From the NCBI GenBank assembly GCA_031394255.1, contig JANMXA010000042.1:25505-89504 (forward strand): a stretch of 64,000 bases of DNA, read 5' to 3'. The translations under genes and the position numbers were made by a program. Numbering within the stretch: position 1 is the stretch's first letter; every line of letters starts with the position of its first letter. Below, one piece after another: positions 57,348-64,000 of this stretch. Below the pieces are notes generated by a model that did no database searches, was not told the DNA's origin, and worked only from the letters and a program-made list of their open reading frames with translations. Source of the DNA: Gemmatimonadota bacterium. Its GTDB lineage: Bacteria > Gemmatimonadota > Gemmatimonadetes > Gemmatimonadales > GWC2-71-9.

Positions 57348-58025
57348 ATGGGCGAAGTGATCCGCTTCCCTGCCAACGGACACTCCACGTCCGGCTACCT
57401 GAGCCTTCCCTCGACCGGGCCAGGGCCGGCGCTGCTCGTGATCCAGGAGTGGTGGGGGCTGGTCGGCCACATCACGGACGTCGCCGACCGGTTTGCGGCC
57501 GCCGGGTTCGTGGCGCTGGCCCCCGATTTCTACGACGGTCAGTCAACCCAGAGCCCTGATAGGGCGGCGAAGTTGTTCATGGCATTGAATATCGAACGCG
57601 CCGCCGCCGACCTTCGGGGAGCCGCCGACTACCTCCTCGGCCGACCCGACGTCACTTCGAACCGGGTCGGAGCTCTCGGGTTCTGCATGGGTGGTCAGTT
57701 GGCTTTGTATGCCGGCACCGAATTTCCCGACCGATTCGGAGCGGTTGTTGATTTCTACGGCATTCACCCCAAGGTACCGGTCGATCGCCAGCGCCTCCGG
57801 GTCCCTGTGCAAGGTCATTTTGGACGACGCGACACCTCCGTACCCGTTGCGACCGTAGAGGACCTGGCCATGGGCGTCCGCAGCGGAGGCGGCACATTCG
57901 AGACCCACTTCTACGACGCCGGCCACGCCTTCTTCAACGACACGAGACCCGGCGTCTTTGACCGAGCCGCAGCCGACCTGGCGTGGACCCGATCGGTCAG
58001 TTTTCTGACCCGGCATTTGGGGTGA
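57348..58025 (+). CDS. Dienelactone hydrolase family protein
   Basis: The track ORF 57117-58025 was trimmed to ATG 57348 (MGEVIRFPANG). Contains LLVIQEWWGL, the nucleophile motif GFCMGG and HAFFND near the C-terminus. Confidence 0.85.
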   Translation: MGEVIRFPANGHSTSGYLSLPSTGPGPALLVIQEWWGLVGHITDVADRFAAAGFVALAPDFYDGQSTQSPDRAAKLFMALNIERAAADLRGAADYLLGRPDVTSNRVGALGFCMGGQLALYAGTEFPDRFGAVVDFYGIHPKVPVDRQRLRVPVQGHFGRRDTSVPVATVEDLAMGVRSGGGTFETHFYDAGHAFFNDTRPGVFDRAAADLAWTRSVSFLTRHLG

Positions 58026-58109
58026 GCGGCCACCTTCCAGACCCCCTTGCGCCGGCCCCACTCACCCCCTAACCTGAGCCTCGGTCAGGCCAACAATTCT
58101 GGAGCCATC

Positions 58110-58373
58110 ATGACGTACATTATCACCGAAGCCTGCATCGGCGTTAAGGATCGGGCCTGTGTCGATGTCTGTCCCGTAGACTGCATCTACGAGGGCGACG
58201 ACCAGCTCTATATCCATCCCGATTAGAGCATCGATTGAGGTGCGTGTGAACCGGAATGACCGGTCAGCGCGATCTTCCCCGAGGAAGAGGTCCCGGCCAA
58301 TCTGACCGCTTTTATTTCGAAGAACAAGGACGTTTTTGGCGGCGCCAATCCTCCTGGTCGTCCCAAACGCTAG
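58110..58373 (+). pseudogene. 7Fe-type (FdxA-like) ferredoxin reading frame interrupted by three in-frame stop codons
   Basis: GGAG lies 6 nt upstream of ATG 58110. The frame reads [84 protein letters not shown]. The stops are TAG 58224-58226, TGA 58236-58238 and TGA 58257-58259. The canonical family motif is HPDECxDCGACEPxCP. It is absent from the ORF track because every fragment is shorter than 60 aa. Confidence 0.8.
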
Positions 58374-58392
58374 ACGCCCACGATCCCATTGC

Positions 58393-58422
58393 AGAAGGGC
58401 GACCCCGTGGGGTCGCCCTTCT
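58393..58422 (+). terminator. Rho-independent-type hairpin downstream of the ferredoxin frame
   Basis: A 14-bp perfect stem (AGAAGGGCGACCCC / GGGGTCGCCCTTCT) with a 2-nt loop, followed by TGCTTGT. It begins 20 nt after the frame's final TAG. Confidence 0.65.
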
Positions 58423-58503
58423 TGCTTGTAACCCCGGCTCCGTGGGATGACTTGACCCGCCCCGGGAACGGATTGGGACCGCGACACCCCTCTCAATCCG
58501 CGG

Positions 58504-59730
58504 TCACCGAAGGCTCTGCAGGAATTTGAGGATTGCCCGTGTCGTCGGCACCGGCTGCTCGACACAGGGCAAATGACCCGCCCCGGGGATCTCAACCAAC
58601 CGGCCCTCCGGCAACGCCGCCGCCATCGCTTCTGAAATCGCCGGGGGGGTGATCACATCCTCCTGCCCTACCACAACGAGCGTGGGAATGCCCAACAAGG
58701 CCCCAAGTAACGGGGTACTATCGGGCCGGTCCCGCATGGCTGTCAACGCCCCGACAATACCCGGAACCGGCGCACCCAGGATCATCGTCCGAATCGCCTC
58801 GATGATTGCCGGCGGAACAACTGGAGTAAAGAACCTCGGCAGCATTGCCTCAGCCGCGGCCATGGCGCCCTGCTCGCGCACTTTGGCAACCAGGCCATCA
58901 CGCGCCTTCCGCCCTTCGACACTGTCCGCCTCCGCCCGGGTATCCATCAAGATCAGACCGCGGACGCGCGAGCGATAGCGACGAAGGAACTCGAACCCGA
59001 TATAGCCACCCATCGAAAGGCCGCAGAGCACGACGCGGTCTTCGCCCAACGCGTCGAGCAGGCCGGCGAGATCATCGGCATACATGGCGATCGAATAACC
59101 CAGATCAGGCGCATCCGACTGGCCCAACCCTCGAAGATCGTACGCGATCCGGCGGTACCCCGTCAACGTGTCGAGCTGATGCCGCCAGACATGGCGATCA
59201 AGCGGGAATCCATGAATGAAGACAATCGCCGGCCCTGAACCGCGGGTCTCAATCGCCAGACTGACCCCGTTTACCGTCACCCGATCACTCGGCTCCGATG
59301 ATCGGCCGGCGCGAAAAAACCGTCCAAGGTCATCGGGAACCCCTTGCGGATGACCCTGCGCGTCGACACACACGAAGAGGAACTCTGCCGTGGCCACGGC
59401 GACGGCATCGGACGCCCGATGGGCGACTTGACGGAGAGTGAAACTGGTCCGGCCGAAGTGGGCGAGGGTCTGCTGGAACCGCAGGGCTTCGCCGGCGCGC
59501 ACCGGGGCATGGAAGTCGAGCACACTCCGGCGGATCGTCGGCCAAAGCCCCAGGCGTGAAAAGACGTCGACCCCCGGGCCGCGGCTCAACTGGTCCCAGC
59601 GGGCCCGCTCGAACAGCCTCAGGAATGCGGCGTGGCTGGCCACCCCAAGCGGATCACAGTCATCCGGAAAGACCGTCAGTTCAACGTCCGCCTCGTGCAT
59701 CGTACGATTTGCCATTCGCTTGGGGCCCAT
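58504..59730 (-). CDS. Fusion protein: 4HBT/YbgC-type acyl-CoA thioesterase (N-terminal) plus alpha/beta hydrolase (C-terminal)
   Basis: The N-terminal roughly 135 aa have a hotdog-fold pattern (VFPDDCDPLGVASHAAFLRLFERAR...). The C-terminal part has IVFIHGFPLD, the nucleophile elbow CGLSMGG and GAGHLP. Confidence 0.75.
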   Translation of the reverse strand: MGPKRMANRTMHEADVELTVFPDDCDPLGVASHAAFLRLFERARWDQLSRGPGVDVFSRLGLWPTIRRSVLDFHAPVRAGEALRFQQTLAHFGRTSFTLRQVAHRASDAVAVATAEFLFVCVDAQGHPQGVPDDLGRFFRAGRSSEPSDRVTVNGVSLAIETRGSGPAIVFIHGFPLDRHVWRHQLDTLTGYRRIAYDLRGLGQSDAPDLGYSIAMYADDLAGLLDALGEDRVVLCGLSMGGYIGFEFLRRYRSRVRGLILMDTRAEADSVEGRKARDGLVAKVREQGAMAAAEAMLPRFFTPVVPPAIIEAIRTMILGAPVPGIVGALTAMRDRPDSTPLLGALLGIPTLVVVGQEDVITPPAISEAMAAALPEGRLVEIPGAGHLPCVEQPVPTTRAILKFLQSLR

Positions 59731-59833
59731 TCAAACTACGCCAACAGGGTTCCCCATCGCTACCTTTCGCTCCGGTGCAGGTTCCCAGACTCTTCAACGC
59801 GGCCCCAGTGAATTGACCACCAGCCCTCCATTG

Positions 59834-60955
59834 ATGATCGACACCCCGGCCGCCCTCGAGTCATTGATCGACGGATGGATGGGGGAACCGGTGGTTGGTA
59901 TCGACACCGAAGCTGCCAGCTTTCACCGCTACCGCGACCGCGTGTACCTCGTTCAGCTCTCCACGCCGGCTGCCACCGTAATCGTGGATCCGTTGGGGAC
60001 GGGCGGCATCGAGGCATTCGGCCGCTGGTTCGAGGCCGACAGTACTGAATTCATTTTTCATGACGCCGACTACGACTTGCGTCTCATGCACCGGGAGGCC
60101 GGGCTCCGCGTTCGCCGACTCTTCGACACCCGGATCGCAGCGCAGTTTCTCAATCTCCCTGGCATTGGACTCGGGGCCATCCTCGAGCAGCGGTTCGGCG
60201 TTGCGACCGACAAGCGGTTCCAGCGAGCGGACTGGTCCGCCCGACCGCTGAGCCGGGAAATGATCGCGTATGCGGCAACTGACACCCGGTTCCTCCCCAC
60301 GCTCCGGGGAGCCTTTCTCGCCGAACTCGAGGGGCTGCGCCGTCTCGACTGGGTCCTTGAGGAGTGCAAGCTACAAACCGGGGTCGAGTGGGCCCCGACG
60401 GATCCACCGGAGCTCAGCTTCTTCCGCATCAAGGGCGCTCGCGACCTTGATCGCCGCAGTCTGGCAGTTCTCCGAGAGGTTTTCGTATGGCGGGAGCGGA
60501 CGGCCGAGCGTCTTGATCGGGCCTCATTCCGCATTCTTGGAAACGAAACTCTGCTGCTGTTGGCAGACAGGAAGCCCCGCAACACCAGCGACCTGGGCGG
60601 GCTCCGTGGGGTAGGTCCCGACAATGCCGCACGCTGGGGGACCGAGGTGGTCGCCGCCGTGAACCGGGGCCTCGAGATTCCCGATGACCAGTTGCCTGCC
60701 TTCGAACGTACGCCCCGCTTTCGGCCGGACCCCGCGTTCGAGGTTCGTCTCGACCGACTGAAGCAGTGGCGGACCGGCCTCTCGGCTCGCATTGGGCTCC
60801 CCCCCGGGATCCTGGCTCCCAACGGAACGCTGGAGGGCATTGCCCGGTCGGTCCCGACTACGCCGACTGCCCTACTGGGTGTAGTCGGCGTTCGCCGTTG
60901 GCAGGTAGCCGAATTTGGGAACGAAATCCTGACCGAGGTTGGCCGCCCGGCCTAG
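59834..60955 (+). CDS. rnd: Ribonuclease D (DEDDy 3'-5' exonuclease with HRDC domain)
   Basis: The track ORF 59438-60955 was trimmed to ATG 59834 (MIDTPAALESLI). Exo motifs VGIDTEA, FHDADYDL and YAATDTRFL, plus a C-terminal HRDC-like region. Confidence 0.85.
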   Translation: MIDTPAALESLIDGWMGEPVVGIDTEAASFHRYRDRVYLVQLSTPAATVIVDPLGTGGIEAFGRWFEADSTEFIFHDADYDLRLMHREAGLRVRRLFDTRIAAQFLNLPGIGLGAILEQRFGVATDKRFQRADWSARPLSREMIAYAATDTRFLPTLRGAFLAELEGLRRLDWVLEECKLQTGVEWAPTDPPELSFFRIKGARDLDRRSLAVLREVFVWRERTAERLDRASFRILGNETLLLLADRKPRNTSDLGGLRGVGPDNAARWGTEVVAAVNRGLEIPDDQLPAFERTPRFRPDPAFEVRLDRLKQWRTGLSARIGLPPGILAPNGTLEGIARSVPTTPTALLGVVGVRRWQVAEFGNEILTEVGRPA

Positions 60956-61248
60956 CCGAGAAAAGCGCGCACCCGGGGATCCATCCGCTCGGGGGTCCAG
61001 TACGGCTCCCAAATCAGCTCAACCTCCGCGCTGTTCACGCCCTCCATCTGCTGCGCCACCAATCGCGCATCTCCGAGAATCTCCGGGCCGGATGGACAGC
61101 CCGGGGATGTGAGGGTCATCTGAATGTGTACGTCTCCGGCGTCAGAAACCGTGATGTCGTACACCAACCCAATATCCACGATGTTGAGCCCCAACTCCGG
61201 ATCTTTGACCGCTCGGAGAGCTTTGCGCACGAGTTCTGGCGTCACCAT
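60952..61248 (-). CDS. DUF59 / MIP18-family metal-sulfur cluster assembly factor (SufT/PaaD-like)
   Basis: 98 aa. The sequence DPELGLNIVDIGLVYDI...MTLTSPGCP is the DUF59 hallmark. The 3' end overlaps the convergent rnd by 4 nt. Confidence 0.85.
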   Translation of the reverse strand: MVTPELVRKALRAVKDPELGLNIVDIGLVYDITVSDAGDVHIQMTLTSPGCPSGPEILGDARLVAQQMEGVNSAEVELIWEPYWTPERMDPRVRAFLG

Positions 61249-61319
61249 AGTTCAGTCTTCCTTGGCCGTAGACGGGCGGAACCTACTCCCCGGGCCCGGA
61301 CAGGTCAAAGACGAACACC

Positions 61320-62453
61320 TTACGGGTGAGGGGCCTTGGACGCCATGGCCGCGCCGACGGCGTCAGACAATCGGCTCCGGAGTTCGCGCATGGCTCGAAA
61401 GGTGGACCGAGCATTCGACCCCAGACTCCGATTCGTGAGCAGCACCACAAAGATGTCTCGTACCGGATCGAACCACAGAAAAGTGCCCGTCCAGCCCGTG
61501 TGACCATAGGTGGTCCCGGTGGCCGACCGACCAAAGGCGGACCGATCGAGATGCTGTGGATCCGGGATCTCCCATCCAAGCGCTCGCCTGCCCCCATGCG
61601 GATCGTGCTCGAGAAACCGGCGGACCGTCGCCGACCCCACCCATGGCCCGCGCGGGCCGGCACCAGACCGGAGCCAGGTCTGGGCGAATCGGGCAAGGTC
61701 GAGCCCGGTCGCGAACAGGCCGGCGTGTCCGGAGATCCCGCCCATCGCCCACGCATTGCGATCATTGACCTCGCCCGGCGCCGGGCGACCTCCGTGGGCA
61801 ATGCTCGGAGCAGCCATGGTTCGATCGGCAACCGCGAAGGTGGTCCGCCCCATCCCCAGTGGGGAAAACACGGCCTGCGCCGCAAAGCGGTCCAGGGTGG
61901 TGCCGCTCAGTGCCTCGACGATCAGACCCAGCAGAATCGCGTTGAGGTCACTGTACGTCGTCCGGGTACCCGGCGTAGCGATTAACGGCACCTCGAGCAG
62001 TTGATCGATCACACCTTGGCGCCCGATCGCGGTCCGATAGAAGGGCATGAAAGCTGGCAGACCGCTCGTATGGTCGAGCAACATCCGGAGAGTGACCGCA
62101 GACTTCCCTTCCCCGGCAAAGAGCGGCAGGTATCGCTCCACCGGTTGGTCGAGCTCGAGTCGCCCCTCATCCACCAATGTCATGATCGCGCTGGCCGTGG
62201 CCACCACTTTGGTGAGTGACGCGAGGTCCCACAGGGTCACCGCCGGATCAGGCGGGGCGGCGGCCTTGTCCCAAGAAACCCGTCCGAATCCCCTGGCGAA
62301 GAACACCGAGTCCCGGTTCCCCACCACGACAACCGCCCCGGGAAACAGACGCCGCCGGATCGCCCCGTCGACAATGGCCATCGCCGGCCTCCAGGCTGCG
62401 ATTGGCCCCGGCGATCCGCCGAGCGAGAGAAGGAGCAGGAGTGTCGGGGTCAC
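61320..62453 (-). CDS. Serine hydrolase (beta-lactamase class C family), secreted
   Basis: SxxK motif ASLTKVV, YSDLN (YxN) and a HTGWTG (KTG-like) motif. Confidence 0.8.
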   Translation of the reverse strand: MTPTLLLLLSLGGSPGPIAAWRPAMAIVDGAIRRRLFPGAVVVVGNRDSVFFARGFGRVSWDKAAAPPDPAVTLWDLASLTKVVATASAIMTLVDEGRLELDQPVERYLPLFAGEGKSAVTLRMLLDHTSGLPAFMPFYRTAIGRQGVIDQLLEVPLIATPGTRTTYSDLNAILLGLIVEALSGTTLDRFAAQAVFSPLGMGRTTFAVADRTMAAPSIAHGGRPAPGEVNDRNAWAMGGISGHAGLFATGLDLARFAQTWLRSGAGPRGPWVGSATVRRFLEHDPHGGRRALGWEIPDPQHLDRSAFGRSATGTTYGHTGWTGTFLWFDPVRDIFVVLLTNRSLGSNARSTFRAMRELRSRLSDAVGAAMASKAPHP

Positions 62454-62456
62454 GGA

Positions 62457-63272
62457 TTATGGCGTAGCCGGTTCTCGAAGCGAGCCTGGTGGAAGCGAAT
62501 AGAGCAGAGCGACTGTCGCCCAATCCCTGGCCGAGAGCGCCGGCCGACGCACGGTCGGATACATGATATCACCTGAATCCCCCGAATGCGGCAAGCCCAA
62601 AGCGTGCCCCAGTTCGTGCATGGCGATTGCCCTTATTTCGGCCTGCTCAAGACGTCGCCCGCTGGGTTGGGCCATCGCCAGCGTCACCAAGGCGCGTTGC
62701 GCCTCTCCGTGCCCATTCCATTCCATCTGGGTCAGGCCTGTCCGTCCGACCGATTCACCCGGCGAGGACCCTGCCTCAGGCTCGAACCGTTCGACCCATT
62801 GCACCACCACATCGGCGCCCGTGGTGTCCACAACATCGGTGAGCACCATGCCATGCCCCACCGACCGCCACTCCCGGACGGCCGCTTGAACCTCGGCCAC
62901 TAGGGCAGGATTGCCTGACGGCGGCAGGACCGCAACGCGCAGCTCAAGCCGCTCGTTCCAACGCCGCAGGGTAGAATCCGAATCGGCGAATGCGGAGTCG
63001 AGATACACCGCCCGCCCGGCCCACCCGATTCGACGCCGCGATTCGGCTCGGGCCAATCGCTCGATAACGGGCGTCAACGTGGTCGGCTCCGCTGCCATGG
63101 CAACCCTGGGAGCGGTGGTCGGCTGAACCAGGCCTCCCGGAACCACCGATCGATGGAGAGCCGAAGCGTGCGGCCCCGGCGCCACCGACACCGCCCGGGA
63201 ACCTGACCGGAGCAGCCGGCTCACACCGACCATGCCGACGAGTAGGGCGAGTACCAGCCATAGCAGTCGCAT
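62457..63272 (-). CDS. Matrixin-like (M10 family) zinc metalloprotease, membrane-anchored
   Basis: The track ORF 62457-63620 was trimmed to ATG 63272 (MRLLWLVLALLVGMVGV). Metzincin motif HELGHALGLPH followed by the Met-turn DIMYP. Confidence 0.75.
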   Translation of the reverse strand: MRLLWLVLALLVGMVGVSRLLRSGSRAVSVAPGPHASALHRSVVPGGLVQPTTAPRVAMAAEPTTLTPVIERLARAESRRRIGWAGRAVYLDSAFADSDSTLRRWNERLELRVAVLPPSGNPALVAEVQAAVREWRSVGHGMVLTDVVDTTGADVVVQWVERFEPEAGSSPGESVGRTGLTQMEWNGHGEAQRALVTLAMAQPSGRRLEQAEIRAIAMHELGHALGLPHSGDSGDIMYPTVRRPALSARDWATVALLYSLPPGSLREPATP

Positions 63273-63405
63273 ACCGAACTCCAAGTGCAAGACCAAAGCC
63301 GCGAGGTCGGCTGGCCGGAGGGTGGAAACCCCTTTACATTCCCAAGCGTAGCCGAACCCAGCCTTCCAAGGCGAACCGCTTGTCCCGCCTGCACATGGAG
63401 CACCG

Positions 63406-64000
63406 GTGATCCTGAGCACCATCGCCCGCGTCCTGGTGAGGTGGCGGTGGCCGGTCATCGCCCTTTGGGCGATCGTCGGGACAATCGCGTTCATCCGCGC
63501 CCCCAAAACCCCCGACCGTCTCGACCTGCGCGGCGGCACCCTCAAACCGACCGAAGGCCGGGCGGCCGATAAGCTGCTCGCCACCCGATTTGCCCGGCCA
63601 TTCGGCGAGTTCTTCGCCATTACCGTCGATGGTCCAAGTTCCTTTGCCGACGGACCGGCCCGGGCGGTACTGGACTCGTTGACCGTCGCCGCCCGTCGCC
63701 AGGTGTACGTCCAGAGCGTGGTCTCCTACGCGACCCAGGGCGACTCGCTGTTTCTTTCCAAGGATCAGCGCACCACCTTTTTCCTCGTCGCCCTGTCGAC
63801 CAAAGTCACCGGCGACAGCGCCAACCTCCTCGTCCGGGCCTTCCGCGCCGAAATGCAGCGAACGCTGGCCGTCGTTCCCAACCGCCCGGCGTACGTGCTC
63901 CGGGTCACCGGACGGTCCGCGCTCGATCTCGACATCCGAACCGTGAGCGCCCAGGATGGCAGCCGGTTCGAGCTGCGTTTGTTGCCGGCCACCCTCATCA
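63406..64000 (+). CDS. MMPL/RND-superfamily transporter, N-terminal fragment (runs off the window)
   Basis: Not in the ORF track, because there is no stop within the window. The frame is open from the stop at 63349-63351, and the first start is GTG 63406. It translates to (M)ILSTIARVLVRWRWPVIALWAIVGTIAFIRAPK...LATRFARPFGEFF...LRVTGRSALDLDIR, which matches typical MMPL N-terminal architecture. Confidence 0.6.
   Translation, partial: MILSTIARVLVRWRWPVIALWAIVGTIAFIRAPKTPDRLDLRGGTLKPTEGRAADKLLATRFARPFGEFFAITVDGPSSFADGPARAVLDSLTVAARRQVYVQSVVSYATQGDSLFLSKDQRTTFFLVALSTKVTGDSANLLVRAFRAEMQRTLAVVPNRPAYVLRVTGRSALDLDIRTVSAQDGSRFELRLLPATLI

Noticed and set aside
58224-58259. The possibility that the TGA and TAG codons in the ferredoxin frame are recoded (selenocysteine at TGA, pyrrolysine or read-through at TAG).
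   Set aside because: TGA at Cys positions is suggestive, but an in-frame TAG replaces a conserved Glu and one Cys is replaced by Ser. TGA and TAG both act as normal stops for many genes in this window. I see no convincing hairpin immediately 3' of either TGA. The idea is kept only as something to test, not as a call.
58062-58595. A 177-aa minus-strand ORF covering the ferredoxin locus.
   Set aside because: It is antisense to a frame with an obvious ferredoxin translation, RBS and terminator. It also runs into the 3' end of the thioesterase-hydrolase gene in a different frame. No motifs are present.
63395-63409. A four-codon mini-ORF (ATGGAGCACCGGTGA) overlapping the GTG start of the MMPL gene.
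   Set aside because: It is too short to evaluate, has no obvious RBS, and may be coincidental. It is noted only as a possible leader peptide.
1-64000. A search by eye for CRISPR arrays, tandem or dispersed repeats, IS elements, integrases, phage genes, toxin-antitoxin pairs or known defence-system genes.
   Set aside because: None found. There are no regularly spaced direct repeats and no transposase, recombinase, nuclease or helicase clusters. Every large ORF has a housekeeping or metabolic assignment. A computational repeat and HMM scan would be needed to exclude small or degenerate elements.

Overview
The window is visibly GC-rich (about two-thirds G+C by eye) and densely coding. It looks like core bacterial chromosome rather than an accessory island. 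I found no transposase, integrase, phage, CRISPR, rRNA or tRNA signal. Gene content (KorAB, SUF with a bacilliredoxin, bactofilin, a DUF5916/CBM9 outer-membrane protein, many secreted hydrolases) fits a Gemmatimonadota-like or similar lineage, but that is low-confidence inference.

Main blocks:
- 1-14 kb: transporters and a co-directional hydrolase cluster (class III aminotransferase, class A beta-lactamase-like protein, Ntn penicillin/AHL acylase, S9 peptidase, amidohydrolase), followed by gabD.
- 14-37 kb: mixed metabolism, including a GMC oxidoreductase pair, cutC, an M16 peptidase, a KirBac-type K+ channel, korAB, a compositionally odd CotH-like gene, a haloacetate-dehalogenase-like hydrolase and a DUF5916 outer-membrane protein.
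- 37.4-47.4 kb (minus strand): mnmG, then two consensus parS sites, then a nine-gene chain with tightly packed junctions. The chain is parA, parB, an M23 peptidase, a bactofilin, a BMP-type binding protein, Nif3, an ABC ATPase and two permeases.
- 47.5-50.5 kb: an XRE-HTH, membrane protein and ABC-2 exporter operon preceded by a perfect 37-nt palindrome.
- 50.5-56.5 kb: sufBCDSU plus a bacilliredoxin and a small unknown gene.
- 56.7-64 kb: def, dienelactone hydrolase, a ferredoxin locus, a thioesterase-hydrolase fusion, rnd, a DUF59 protein, a serine hydrolase, a matrixin and a partial MMPL transporter.

The most unusual observation is not in the ORF track. A 7Fe-type ferredoxin gene (58110-58373) has an intact RBS and terminator but three in-frame stop codons, all clustered within its second cysteine-ligand motif.

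I see no convincing evidence for a novel multi-gene defence or mobile system. Many long ORFs in the track are antisense or shadow-frame artefacts of the high GC content. Several listed ORFs start too far upstream, and those starts were trimmed by inspection.
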